NCBI GenBank assembly: GCA_973895155.1
Contig: OZ316893.1
Location: forward strand, 21,312,955-21,376,954
Origin: Marsupella aquatica
Lineage: Eukaryota > Plantae > Marchantiophyta
DNA length: 64,000 bases
Direction: 5' to 3'
The first letter of the stretch is position 1. Every line of letters starts with the position of its first letter. Under the pieces are notes generated by a model that made no database searches, had not been told where the DNA came from, and saw nothing but the letters and a program-made list of their open reading frames with translations. Shown piece after piece: positions 35,311-50,000 of the stretch. The translations under genes and the position numbers were made by a program.

Positions 35311-36050
35311 CCTACTTCGTTAGCCAATGGATATCATGTTTCACCGACATCATATTATATTATTGTCTCCCAGTTATTCACTTATAAACTTGGATGGAAC
35401 CCCCGTTTCAAACGTTTTGCTCCCATAGCATTCCTGAGCTTGAATGGGATCTGTAGACATATGCATTCCCACAGTAAGTTATTTTGAGGCGTGTCATTCT
35501 AAACCTTTTTTCCCAAAAAATGTTGCTGAGTTCGCATGGGATTCTGTAGAAACATGCATGTTAATAGTTGTTGGGTTAAAGGCTTGGATGGGGTCGCCAT
35601 CGTGTAGAAATAGCATTTAGCCATGACACTTACTTTGTTAGCCAATGCATATCATGTCTCAACAGACCTTACAGTATATTATTATTGTCTTGTAAGCTTG
35701 TATCGGCCCCTCATCCCAAACCTTTTCCTCCCATAGTATTCATAAGGTTGCATTGGATCTGTAGAAATATGCTTTTTAGCAGTTATGGGGTTCCATGGGA
35801 TGTCATCACAACCCTTTTCGCTCTGGTAATTCCTAAGCTTGGGTCCTGTAGAAATGTGCATTTTAAATAAGCTTGGATGCGGCCCCAACAGCTTTTGCTC
35901 CCATAGGACTCCTAGGTTCACATAAATCCTAGAGAAACATGCAAGTTAACAATTGTTGCCTTATCAGCTTGGATGGGGGCACCATCTCAAACCTCTTGCT
36001 CCCATAAGATTCTTAAGCTTGTCTGGGATCTAGAATTATGCATCTTAACT
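35311..36050. repeat. Degenerate tandem array of ~90-110-bp units with a ~318-bp higher-order duplication
   Basis: Recurrent CTTGGATGG.., TTGCTCCCATA, GATCTGTAGA.A.ATGCA motifs (~6 units). GTTAGCCAATG.ATATCATGT occurs at ~35319 and ~35637. Confidence 0.7.
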
Positions 36051-38847
36051 ATGAGGACATGATTTAGTATGAAAGAGCTTAAATTTCATACAGAGAATTT
36101 TGTGATCCCATCCAAATTCAAAGGTTTTGGATGGAGCTCCTATTGGTGCTTATGGCCCCCTAGCCATTATTAGAACACTAATCCATTGAATGAGAGATTG
36201 ATGGGGCACTCCATATTTCTAAACACCTCTTGTTTGGATAGGATTCCAAAGTTTACAGGGGATCTTTAGAACTGAAAATTTGTTTGCTTTTCCACACTGA
36301 GTGTGGTGACTGGATTCATCTTGTCTGTTGGTCATTAACCAGTTCTGGAAATGTCTCCCTTCTATATCGTACAAAAGGAAGCCCTTTCGTTGATCCATCA
36401 GATAAAATGTACTGGTTTCTCCCTTATTGTAATACATATATGACAAGCTCCATTATTTAGAGCGTTTTCTGGCTGCCGGCTGGTGTGGGGTAAATATTGA
36501 AACGCAAATGCAGGCCAGAACTGAAGGGCCCTCCCCAATGGAAAAATGGGGATGCACCGTGGCTGGAATAAACGCTGTCGCAAAGGATGCGAGGTGGCAG
36601 TGTGATGTGCAAGGGCAGGGAGAGAACGTGAACATGGTGCAGGATGCGAACATTTGGCAGTACAACTACTGTAGCTCCTGTGTGTTTTGCCGAGCCGGGG
36701 AAAAGGTGTTTGCCACCAGCAGAAAACAGCAAAAATGCCAGTCAGCATTTCGAAGTGGGACTGTGCCTGGAAAAAGCATTGGGATGCCTGCCACCAGCCC
36801 AAGCCAAAAGTGCGCCTCCAAAAACCTGGAACACGACACAGATGGCAGGACTGGGGCCTGATGGGGAGTGACAGTCCGGATGCCTTTCCAGAGTATAAGG
36901 GCTTATGGATATCATCACCCTGTAACGGTAACCAAACAAACCTTCTATGGTCATACCCCTGCCTGTGAGAGGCTGCATAAGTGACAGTAGTCTCGTTGGC
37001 CTGCTCACTATATGGCGAGTTGTACAAACAACAGACATAGTAGTCAACTGCAATCGAAAGAATGTTAATAAGTTTCCTGAGAACATGACTCCAAGAATTT
37101 CACTACCATAGAATGAAATCTTCAACCATGAGTACAATTTGGATGATACACAATTTTAGAGTCACAAAGCTTAGAACTAATTAATAGAGAAGGTGCGATA
37201 AGCAGACTATAAGTTTATTCAGCAAAACCTATTGTCTCCTTGCAAATGGTAAGATTTTGCAAATATCTCGAGCATCAAGTTATTTAGTAAATATTTCACC
37301 TTTAGCATCAGCTTGAATGCTCTTCTTTGGCAAATATCTCACCTGGTGCGCAAAATTGATATTACTCAATCTGTAATCAAAGGTAGTATTTGCAGGCGAC
37401 AGAATATTGCTTTCAACAAACAGCGAAGAGACAGATTAGACAGAAATGTCGATCAGCTGAATAGGGTCCCACAAATATCAACAAACACCACGGCATAAAT
37501 AAAATCCAAGGAATCAAAAGACAACCCATCGATGCATAGACATCATCATCCGAGTATACGATACTGCAGAGTAGTCACAACGGAGAGCAATACAGCGGAC
37601 TGTACCAGAGGGAGAGAGAGATAAACAGGGCCCCGTAGCAGCTAGCCAGGGACACAGGAGATAACCAGCATTCTCTCACACTAAAATCTGAGAAACTCTT
37701 CGTAAGATACATTGTCAGCCCTCGGGCACTCAGGCCGTAAGATCTCCTTCAGACGATGGGATAGTAACCAGCAAATGACTCTGGCCAACAAAAGCAGAAG
37801 TGATACTGAAGACAACACTACAGAGTAGCACGTGAACTAGTTGGAAAAGTTCACGTGCCCAATTCCAGAATGTTGGCAATCAGATGTGGTTCAGAGGCAA
37901 CATCAGCTTTGCTAGGCTTGCAGCAGCAGCACCTGAAGAACCAAAGAGTAAGTTCCGCGGAGCATTGGCTCGGAACCATCTATGTCGAATTGAGTGGGCC
38001 CTGTAGGGATAAAACTTTCGACACAAAGTAGGGTAGCCGCCAATGGTCCAATATGATCCTCAGCTGAACTGTGTAGAACTACGGATCCACTAAGACAAGC
38101 GAGTGATGACTAGACATGGGCTTGATTTGTAAGTACTCTGGGAGAAAAGACATAAAATCGATTTGCCTTGAAATACGATATGGACTCGCTGAGATGATTT
38201 TTCGAGTACACTGACTCATGAATACCGACCAAGCGTTCAAGTTGCTCCGGACTCAGGAAGCGGAATCAAATTGCAGTAGGATTAAAAAAAAATATTGCTC
38301 TCAGGGCATTTTATCTTCTTCCTATACAACCCTAAGAAAGAAAGTCTACTTGCCCTATTGACAAATACGAGCTTTTGATACAGCAGCTCTACACAGCTGA
38401 TTTTATCCTGCTTCGTTTCCTATGGAAGATTAAAAATCAATGTTATGGAGGCTTCTACGTCATCAATGCTTGCCTAAACTCAACAGGACAACTGCCAGGG
38501 ATTCGGCATGTATGCCAGCAAAATTGATTGAATTTTATCGGGCAAATCTAGTGATGTATACCAGCTAGATACCCTTGCAGGGGGCTTACATTCGTCGGAG
38601 TAAACAGACCCTGTAAATCTAGGTACGCGATTCAGAAGAAAAAACTACAAGATAAACCCCACCAGGAGAAAGAGCAATGGGTAGACCCAATGAGAAACCA
38701 ACGCCCTCTTCTTCTTGTTCCACTACGACGAAATCTTTACAATACAAAGGGTGAAAACTCAACTTTGGGACAATAATGAATTGGTCACTGAAGAGGCTGC
38801 AGTCTGAACAGCACTCCACGGTTGGCAGTACATTTCACATGCCGATT

Positions 38848-41800
38848 TCATCTGTTGGAACTCCGTAGCTGTCGTAAGTTCTTATCCAGAGTCATCTGCA
38901 CGAACTCCGCCACGGTCCGTAATCTCCCCTGTACTTGCTCTCCCCCATTCCCTGAAATTTGCTGATCTACAACCCTAGTTATTGCTGCTCTGCACCGATC
39001 CCACTCCTCAGGTCGCTGCCAACAAGCTCGCCCACCATGACTACCTTCAACATTGACAACTGAGACTCGAGCTGGTTCAATATACTGGTACCTCAACCTA
39101 ACCGCAACACACTGTGGCAACCAACCAGCCCCTCCTGCAACATTTATGGGCAAATTACCAGAACTACTAGGATCCAGGAGCAACGTGAGAGTGAACTCAA
39201 CTGCGTTTTGACCCCTGTAATGTTGGATACTACTCTTGGCCACAGAATTTCCTCCGCTTGGAATACCAATTTGTCCACCTGTTTCATCAAGTACCTGAGA
39301 GTTTCCTGAACCTACTCGATTTTCTAGACAAAGTTCAACTCTTGGCCGAGGTGTTGCCAAGGCATCTCCACTTTGACTCAAGGCTGCTACAGCCTTTAGT
39401 TGGTCTTTCTTCCAGGCAATGAGCTTTAAAAAGTCACGGAGAGCTGGAACAGGAAGCGTCAGCATTGTCACAAACGAAGCCAATCGAGAAGCATCATAAG
39501 GCTCAGCTGCAACCCTTCGAACAAAAAAATCGCTAATTTCTGACATCTCAGCAGGAGTAAGCTCCGGTTCATTGGAGTTTTGCTGTTGTATTTGCTGCGG
39601 CTGCTGCTGGAACTTTTTCACGTTAATGGCCTGCAAGTATAGCTGCTGCCGATGCATACTTACCGCAAAGACACAACTCCTGCATGCATACAGAGCCTCA
39701 CTGGCATCAGAAAGGATTTATCATCCCATCAAAATTGAAGTACATTCAAAGGGATGCATATAAGAAAAGACTGAGCGCAAAAGGTGGTTTCAAAATGGAA
39801 GGCAGGGATGAATACCCAATAAAAAATCGGAGGGCAGGCTGCTCAGGATCATGATTCAGTAACGAGCCTTCATTCTCCCTTAGAATTGATCCCAAAATCT
39901 CTCGTAAAATATTTGGAAACTGTGCAAATAACCATAAAACCCCAAGGTACCGTAGGGTGCCACGAAGCACCTTTTTAAGAGCTACCAAAGGGACCCAAGC
40001 ACCTCCATAGCCACCGTCATCTCCCAGCCCAAAAAGAGCTGTGTATTCCCCGCGCATACCGCTACTAGATCCTAATGCAGTCCGCCCTGAATTGGCTGCC
40101 ACGCCTGCATTGCCAGACGGAGTTTGGGGCCCTCCTTGCATATTTCCAGGTCTGTTGGGGATAGCCATAGCATTACTACCCAAACGGGCCCCACCCAAAC
40201 TACCTGGATTACTACGAAGAGAAGCAGAAGAGGTGTTTATTCCAGAGCCCCAGCCTGCTGAGCTTGCACCAAAACCTCCCTGAGTACTCCCGTTACCAGT
40301 TGAATTTCCCACAGCGGCTTCAGCATTGGAAAGACCCAACTGGACATGTTCCATGACGAATGGGCGAAATTGGGGGCAAGGCAATGAGCCTCCAGCTCCT
40401 GGATGTCCACTGCGAGGCGGGGGAGCAGGTTGCAACCAAACGTGATCGCCAGCAAAGCAACGCATATCCATGGCAAATTGTTTCCGGTACACAATGCGGA
40501 TCCAGTACGGTGTCCGTAATAGAACAGAAACATCTGTTGGTAGAAGAGTACTTGGGACCAACCCTGATACTGGTCTTCCCGGACCAGAGGCAAGACCGCC
40601 AGGTTGAGGAACTTGATTTGTTGGACCCACACTACCAACACCCAGAGCTGAAGTTCCATTCGGTAGTCTACCCGGGGCAGGTCCAGATGAAGAAGTGGAG
40701 CCTGAATTTGGGGACATCACCTGGCCAAGCATTGAATTGCCAGCTGCGGGTTTTGATGAGATGGCAGGGGATCCCCCTCCAACCAACGACATACTAGCAT
40801 TCGCGGCATTAGGTGAAGGACCCATCATTCGAGCGGGTCTGATTGCAGATGCAAGGGATGACAAAGGTCCAACCGTCACCCGAATACAATCAAGAAGCAG
40901 CTCCACCTCTCCTCCATTAATATAATCCTCCAGATACTGCACAGAAGCATACATTTGGCAATTTGAGATCCGCTCAGTAAACACAAAGGAATAACATCCA
41001 TCTAAACACAGATATCATAAACCCTAGCAGCTTGAAATCAATTTCATGGAGCTCTACTGAAATGTTGAGATATTGCTCAGATACTGCCATCATGTGTGGA
41101 ACGCAATTCCTTCTCAATGCCAGCAATGATGCACATTGAATTCATCCCTGAAGCTCTGGACCTAATCAGACATAAAAGAACAAAAACTGCTCGCAGATAC
41201 TGAGTAAGATCAAAGAGCTATCAACCGAGAGGAAAAAGTGGACTAGTATGGCATCCTACAATTTCAAAGCTCCCATATTTAGATTGCGAAAATGCAAGCA
41301 CCAAGACACATATGTGAGAAGATGCTCACAACCACGCAGGTAAAAGATAAAGACACAGAAAGAAACGGGTCTCTACCTTTGTGTGGGGCCAAAGTTGTTC
41401 TGGGGAAACATGCACCGTGCAACCCTTCTGACCTGCTTCCCATTCAACAACAAATCTAGGAAGAATTCCAGGTGTAAGACCTATGTATGTGAACCACGTA
41501 CTGGTAAGGCCAACAGCTTCAACCCTGAAAGCTCTTCTCATCACCTCCCACTTCTTCTCTCCTCCTTCACTTCTGTCACCCAACCTTCCTCTTGCATGAC
41601 TTCTTGATCCCAAGTCTTGTTCACCGTCACCCTGCTCTTGTGCCCCTTCGCCCCTTCCATCCGGTCGTTCCTCTAAAAGTTTCCTTATGCCTAGAGCAAA
41701 CATACGAGCATTCCACAGGCGCTCCAAGTCAGCGACCAGCTTCTTGATACTATCATCCTGAACAGAAGAGTAACTCAAGAGTAAGCCTTTCGGTGTGCAG

Positions 41801-44800
41801 TGGATGTGAGAATCCTCCTCCGGTAGAGTTGCAAACTGCACATTAGATCCCCAAGTACTCGAACCTCGTTGCTTGTAAAGTTCCCACAATCCTTTGAAAT
41901 GGTTGTCTTGCACCTCAACTTCCCAGCCATCGGTGCCAGGTTTTCCCAAACACAAACAAATCTGCTGCCAACCTGCGGTACCATGCTTCTTTGGATCTTT
42001 ACTAGCTCCACTTGATGGGAGCCGAAAGCGTAAACTAGTGGATGGCCTCCGAATACCTACTTCCTCAACGTAGGGTATATTAAGTGCATCCATCTGGCTG
42101 GTCAGACGAGCATGCTTTATGCAGAGCCAACATCTCCTCACAACTTGCAGCAGAAGAGTTGTATATGCACCCATTGGTGCCTTTCCCTCGTTTGCCGCTG
42201 AAACAATAGTAGCAAAGGGTTTTCCAACAAAGGAGTCCAGGACAGGTAAAGTTCTGACTGGACCAACTTCAACTGCTGACTGGCCAACAAGAGATTGGCT
42301 ACTTTCATGCTCTATTTTCCTTCTTTTCGATGTGACAGCACTTGGTGTCAATCCTTGAATTGAAGGTAGAGAATAAAGTAGGTCGGGCCCATGTCGCTTG
42401 CGATTGAGGGAATCCGATGGAGACATTCCTGAAGACGAAGTAAATCGGGAATTACCCTGTGTACCTAGAGTAGATGGCCGTGTGGACGGTGAGGGTAAGT
42501 GCATAGGAGACTGCACAGATTGAGAAGACTGCTCAAGTTCCATCCACTCTGAGGAAAGTTCTGAACCTGTTTGAGCCATCTTCTGTGGAGAACCCAATCG
42601 AGCAATTGAAGTCATAGATTGACCGGTGACTCTACCTGACGTTAGAGTTTGAACATTTGAACTTTTCGCTTGAGGAGTCCTCGGATTTAATGCTGGACTT
42701 TTGACCATTGGAGCAGACCTTGTCGATCCAATTCGCGGTTGCCTAGAAAGAGACCCAGTATCACCAGCGGGAGATGGGTGAGACCCGCCAGGTAGTGCAG
42801 TGGGAGGCTTTGAAGAGATCGAGTCGATAAGCTTTGAAATGTCATCAACGTCATCTAAGTCAATTGGAGACGAAGCGCTCTCGCCTGCATGCAAGGGAGA
42901 CTTCGACTGCAGCATTTCCTCTCCATAAGGAGACTTCAAAACTCTATGAAGAGGGCTCCTGACCGGGCTTGCTGTGATTCCATTGCCTAGCCCGATGCGT
43001 CTATGATTAGGCTGGAGAAGAGAAGCACTGGATGGATTTCTTGGTGAGAAGCTCCCATTCATGCCTGGATTCATCATATTTGAACCTCCATACTGATTGC
43101 TTGGTGCAGCCATACCCTGTGCGCCTGATGGAGAGGGCACTGGTGAAAACGAGGGTGATAAGGGATTGCCAGGTTTAGACAAGTGGCCTGCAGGAGATCC
43201 ACGATAATACTTGTCCGTCACAGAACTATTTAATTGTGAACCATCCAATCCTGGAACACCCACGAGACCTCTTCCTACGTTTTTAAAATCCTCTCCCCTC
43301 TTACTAACCAACTCCTGCCTATCCCTTCCAGACAATCTTCTTAGACTTGTTCCTGCAACACTTTGCCGTTCAACCTCCAACCGACCCTCATCCAGAAGAC
43401 TGAAGCTTGCATCATCCTCTGTAACAAGTATAGTATCTGTGCTTATCATCATAGAACGAACAACATTGATGGGACCCGATAGAAGGGTCGAGCGTCCTGA
43501 AATTCCTCGTGGTTGACCTTCCAGCAGCCTAAAGCAGGGCATGAAATTTGTATCAAGATACAATGCTAGATAATAAACTTCTCCACAATTTGGAAAACCC
43601 ATCACCAACACCTCCGGGGCCAGCTTTAGGGCATCAGGAGGAAATTTTAGTGCAGACGCACCCCTCTCGTATATCTGCACCACAAAAGACAAAAGTTAAA
43701 ATGTTTCCTACAGATCAGATCCGGTTGGTCAAATGAATTCAGGTTACCTATGAATAGTCATAAGTGAGTTCGTCATCCATTAGTAGTACAATATGCTCAA
43801 CAGTTGACCTCCCTTTCGTATATATGCTCTTTGGTGTGAATTCTGATTGATCAAATTGGTGACTTAATGAAAATTCACCTTGAGAAGCTGTAATTGTGCT
43901 TCAACTTTCTTAAGTTTCTTAACTTTCCAGCCAGACTTGCTTTAATTAGACATTCGCTCCTATGTGTTTAAGTGGATTCTAGAGTAACCACAGACTTCAG
44001 TGTTCAGCCATAGGGCTTTACTGAAAATCACTGACATGAAAAGGTGGATCACACTTCGGCTGACATGATGCACTTCACGGCTATACCATCATAAGGAAGA
44101 TAGACTTCGGCATATTACCTTCAAATTGAATGACGTCCCAATTGACGCAAACACGTGAAGAAGGCTCTTGCTCCTTAAATTCAGAAAAACGTCAACAGGA
44201 ACCATGGATCCCTGGTTCAAAGCATCTTCCATCTCATTGAGTACTGAGTTGGAAAGCAGTGTGTTGGGTGAACGAAGAAGGAAACGTCCATTCCTGTTCA
44301 AAGACACGTTTGCATTGTGCATTATCATCTGTATATATACTATTGAACTTCAGCTGCCATTATTAACAGGATTGAAATACTAAAATTACCAAATAAGTTC
44401 AGTTTTCAGTTCGCCACAAAACTCGTAGCTCAGCACTCACACGTGAAGATGAAAACAGCCCGTACCTTATGCTGATGCCAAGGGCCATAAACGAAGCACC
44501 ATAAGCTCGGATGCACAGCACTTCTTCGCCAGCCTCTCCTGAAGGCCCTGGACTAGTGTCCTGCAAATTTCCCACAAAGAGACAATCTAAGTTCAGCAAA
44601 TCATCTCGAAAGAATCGTGCAAAGACAATGAACCGTGAGGTGGAACAATTAATTTCATTTGAACTGAAATGGATGAACAAAGCATACCGTTCTCTATTAA
44701 ATATTTCAAAGATAAGCTTATACGAAAAGTTGGATTTTGCAAACTCTAGAATACCACAGAGAGAAATGGCACATAATGCACGACGATCACCAAATCGGAA

Positions 44801-47007
44801 CTAAATATAGAGCTAGCTCCGACATCTTCTAACTTCCTTCAAAGCATGAATTGATTCCTGGACTTCAAAGTAAACCAAAACTAGATTGAAAACCTAACCT
44901 CTTCAGGTCCAGGAGAGTCCTTCACGTCACCATCTTCGGGAAATGATGATCTCAAAACAACGTCACCATCAACTCTCCACAAAGCACTGCTACTTTTGAG
45001 GCCCCTTCTCACATCCAAGAGCCGGGAATGTATATTACAAGCAATTGCCCTCAATAACAGCCTCTCGACGTCAATACAGCTCTGGTCAATGATAAATTCG
45101 GCCTCGTTGTCTGTTGCGGGATCCGTCACAGAAGGCTGATGAGAACACACCAGATTCTGGTCAGGGCCAGGTTCAATCCTTAGGTGCGGTGGACCAACAC
45201 TTGGATCTATGCCTGATATCCCCTTTGGGCAATCCAGCCAATACCATATCCTGAGGCCCAGAGAGGCCCGTGACTTCATGCCAGCCTTCGTCTCTGAATC
45301 CATATCCCCAGGCGGTCCAGGACCTTGTCCTGTACCTTGCCCAATGTTCCCTCCTTGATTGGCATTTGCAACTTCTGAGATTTTCTCATATCGAATTGCA
45401 TCCTTCCACCGTCCTTGTCGGAGCATTCCCGTCTGTCTGAAGAGTGTATCCATGACCAACGTGGTACAAAAGTCATGTAAGATTGAATACAAGATTCGGA
45501 ATGGATCCTCTGAGGCAGCCATGCGCCGTTCCAGGTCATCCCCGAGAACAAGACGTTGGTGTTCTGTGAGAACAGTGGGACCAATGCGCTCACCAACCAA
45601 AAGTTGCAAATGCAGTATTCTCCACAACGACAGATTTCCCCTATAACCAAGCGTGAGCTGCACTTCAAACTCTCCATGTACCCGGAGAACAATCCTCCCG
45701 TCAGACACTGTAATACCCGAAAGCTCCTTTGGGAGAGAAATGTCCAGCAGTCGAGATCGCAGCATTGTATCCAATTTGTGCAGCGTCGTTTCTCTCTCCT
45801 CTCCAGTAAGAGCTGCAGGCATTCCCAGGTCCTCGATACATTTTGGGAGCCTAGAGTAACTACCGGTGAGCAACACTTCTGCTGCAGTAGGTATATCATA
45901 CACTGGAGCTCGTGCCTGCTGTAAGCCCTCATGGAGGAAGAAGAGGAAGTCGGCTGCTTGAGTGAAACTTGTATCATGATTTGATAAAGTCCCTGATAAT
46001 TGCTGACAACGTTCCACCACTGGTATCTGCACATAACAAGAGTCAAACTTAAGTTTCAAAGTTAGACAATTACGCTTCATACTTCAAGAGCCGACCACCT
46101 GACAAAAAAGTGTGACCTGCACGATTCTCCACTATTGTAATATTTGAGACCAAATTATAGGTAACTAAGACTTCTTCCGTCGATGAAGAGAGTATTCATG
46201 AGCTGATCAGCATGGAAGCTAGTGACTTGGCACTACGGTACGGTGAAGGACCCATTATTCGTACTCCTCCGAATCTAAGTACAATTTTCCTCGCCTCCCA
46301 CTTCAAAGGTTAGATGTGACCAGCTGGGATTAATCTTCATTGAGTGGACAGGCTAAGCTCTTATAAGTGCTATCTCCGGCACTGACCCCGCCAAAATACT
46401 CCCAAGGTAACGATGAAAATAGGTCATCATGAAAAGAGATCCTAAGTCTGGGACACAGGGCACAGGGCCAAACAAAGTCGTCCGTTTTCGACGAACTCCG
46501 TAAAATGCACGGGCTCCAAACGGAAAGGGAGGGGAGCCGCGTTAGTCTATAAGCTCTGGTGCTCGAGATCGGCTACAAGCGGCATTGGTGGCTGTTTGCG
46601 AATATGAATCAGATAAGTGTCTGCCTGCACCAACATGCTTTATTGTGTATAATCATCGAGCTGGGACGACCAAGGTTTGGCATAGCGCTGAATTGCGCTA
46701 CCAGATAGGGGTTCTCTTGAGAAACTCACGGACCGGCTTTGGCTAATGACACAAAAGAGTTTGAAGAAAGCACGGAAGATTTGAGCTCGCTGACCTGACG
46801 GCACCATTTCGAGAGAACTAGCAAACGGAGCAGACGCTGGCGAGTCTTAAGAATGTATTTCAAAAGACCAAGTTTCCTCTCCGAATCCGAGAGCTCCGGA
46901 GCAATTGAAGTCAGTTCCTTCAGAGCCAAGTTCGAGTCTTCTGCAACCCTCCGCACTAACGCAGGAAAATCCACAGTTTGCTGCCCGAGCGTGTATCCCT
47001 CGGCCAT
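38848..47007 (-). CDS. MED14: Mediator of RNA polymerase II transcription subunit 14 (STRUWWELPETER-like), ~1953 aa
   Basis: Seven phase-consistent exons: 47007-46795, 46026-44899, 44560-44466, 44293-44119, 43674-41377, 40936-39816, 39679-38848. Motifs LGQQTVDF, KTRQRLLRLLVLSKWCRQ, LQQARAPVYDIP, LWRILHL, IKHARLTSQMDAL, GDDGGYGGAWVPLVALKKVLRG, EGSHGGRACW. Confidence 0.96.
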
Positions 47008-50000
47008 TGCTACCCTACGCTTCCAACCTACGGCTTCCCGCCACCTTTGCCCCCACTATCTTCCCTTCCTGCTCCCCCTTCTCGCCCTCCTGTCACCCCA
47101 GGTACAACTACCACTGCTGCTGCCGCTCCAGATAACGATTTTAATTTCCCTACCTATTCTTAATGCCTCCTGTGAGTCCTGTCCCTCCTCTTCTTCCTCC
47201 TCCTCCGCCTCTTCTTCTTCTTCCTCTTCCCCTGCTTCCTCTTTCTCCTGCTGAGCCTCTCTGTCTCCTAGTCCCTCCCTCAACCTCTCACGCTCCTCCA
47301 TTCCGCTGATTAACCTCGTCCATGTGGCTCAGAATTCCGCCCGAAACTCATACTCCACTTACAATCACCACTGGTCCGCAATCAAAGCGAACCCCAACCT
47401 CGACACCAATTTCCGCCTCGTACCTTCTTCACCCCATCGATCCCTAAACGCCAACCTTCCTGCCTCGCCCATTCCCGAGCGAAGTGAGGGCTCTCCCTAA
47501 CAAAAGTGTTGTCCGTCCGTCCCGTCCACAAGGCCCTTGTCCGCAGGGAGCAATCGCACGGGACAGGGGAAGAAACCGGGCGAGATTCTTAATTTTTGTC
47601 AGTTGCTTGTTAGACCATGATAACCGGGAGTCCCGATTGCCGCAGAGACATTCAAGCGAACGACAGGAGCCATCATTGCACAAATTTCAGTACGGCAAAT
47701 TCAAAGATCACTGAATTCGAAGTTCTCCGAATGCTCTCAAAGCCCGTGCACACACACAGCGTTCGTAAAGCTAACATTTCTGTGCTGAGTTCCGCCAACA
47801 TGCTTAAACCTAATGTAGCACCGAACGACACCGAGGCAGAGTGTGTGAGTAGATCGAGCTAAGATTTCTTTGCGCGAGCTTGACCAAATGCTCCGACCTA
47901 GTTGCGAACCTACTTGCGAGCGACTGGACCGCGACAGAGTGTTAATTAATAAAAGCTCAGATTGCTGCGCGGAGCTTCAACCCAATGCTTCAACCTCCGA
48001 TTGAAGTCGCAAAAGAGCAGACGAATCAAGCGAGCGCTCCGAAAGACTCAGTGAGGAGACGACGAGAGCTTACAACGAGACGTGACGCTCCCTCTTTTTC
48101 CCTCGAAAAGTGCGTTTACTCATTATAGATAAAGACAGACACTAGCAAACACTGGGGCTGCCCGAGCCAGGGCGGGGCGCCAGAACAGGGGATCCCTCAA
48201 TAGGAACAGCCCTCAAATGCAACCACTACTGGAGTCACAACGGGTCCCTCGATAGGAACAGCCAGAGCATGGAGGGAGCCCTGAGCCATAGGGCCAGGCC
48301 CTCAGCGACAACTTGCCCTAACTCATGATGGTATTGTGAATCATAACTAAAGCAACTGCCTCTTAACCCTATTAATTAGTTTGAGCATCCCTGGTTATGT
48401 GAGTTTGATGTTATTTAACCAGTTGAAACAATGAACAGTTTCATATTGGAATAAGTTTGAACATATATATATGAAGATGTATATGAAGATGAGAGTACAA
48501 AGATTAAATGATAATTTCTGACTGAAATGGGTTTCATTTAGGACACACTCAATTTCATTGAAAACAATTCCATACAGTCCATGCTACCCGTTACAAAAGC
48601 TGAAGATTTCTTAGGTTCCATTTTTAATCTTTTAATTTTTTTTGGGGGGGGTTAGAATCGGCAATGCCCTTGCATAACAAGAACGGAGGGCATATATCAC
48701 ACAAAAGCGAGATCAACCCATCCATCATAACCATAAACCAAGAAGGATCTCTTAGTCCTCTATCCATAGTAGCCAATTGCGCTTCTTAGTCCTCTATCCA
48801 TAAGTGTTTCTTATGTTCCTTGGTTACTCTCTCCATAGTAGCCAAAGGGTTTATTAAGTTCCATTGGTACACCTCTATCCATCGAGTCCATGCAAAACAT
48901 ACAAGTCAAAAGGTTTCTCTACCCATGGTTCTTTCAAAATAAATAGAATATTGAAACATTTTACTGGAAAATACTGACATACCAGTCACAACCCATCCAT
49001 AAGGTGATTTTTTTAGCCATTTTTTTAGTTTATTTGAAGTGCTACTTTTTATTTTCATTGTTTTTATTGTTACAGGGTCTAATTGTGCTTGTTAGCCTTG
49101 CAAAACACTAATTGTTAGGTTTGGGTCTTCTTGCAGAATTAACTTTTTTTTGTTTGTGATCAATAGTGCTGAAGTGGCTGCCTGTAAAATGAGGGATTTT
49201 GGAAAGAGCCACCCTAAATGAACCCTAAATGTCATTCACAACATAGTTTGAAAACACAAAAAGTACTGATGGTGTTATTGGTTGATTATGCATATCAATT
49301 GTTAAGTGGGCTTGTGTATTCCCTTAATTGTGATTAACACCCAATTAAAATTTCAGAAAATGCTTATACTTTAACATGATCAATGTCTTCATTCATGACA
49401 ACTCCAACATAAAAAGTTAGAAAGTGCTCCTAATTTTTCATGTTTTATGGTATTGATTATGATGGATTCCACATCAGATTTCGGGATAATTAACTTGCTT
49501 GTCACCTAGCAATACGTGCTTATTCGCTGATAGTACTTAGTCTTTGCCTATTTTTACTTGTTGATAGCGTTGATCATGCAAGTAATCATGCTTTTGTCGC
49601 TCTGGCCCACATTAATTAAAAGCCAATTGCTGATGCCGTTTATGGTAAGGTTACTGTAGGTCTCTGACGTCAGGGTAATCAAACTTACCACTGATTTCTA
49701 AACCTCTTTCTTCCCTCCTTCCTCACACGCGCTGCTCTGATAGCATCAAGGTCCAGCTGTGCCAAACTATGGTTATATTGACTCTTAGATGGAAACCGTG
49801 CTTGTTTTGACCAGGGTCATCCGAGGGTCTAGGGGTAAATGTGCTAGGGGTTCCCATGGAAACCTTCCTCCCTCGAGAAATCTTTCATCTATTTGTTCTT
49901 CTGAAAAGAAACCTAGATGGACAGCTATCTTTGACAAACAATTTGGATGCCATGTTTTCAAACGATACCTTGAAATCTTCCTTTTTCCTAGATGACCTCA

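Noticed and set aside
36398-37137. Cluster of overlapping ORFs up to 209 aa
   Set aside because: Open on both strands in several frames with no recognisable domain or splice structure; cannot be supported as a gene.
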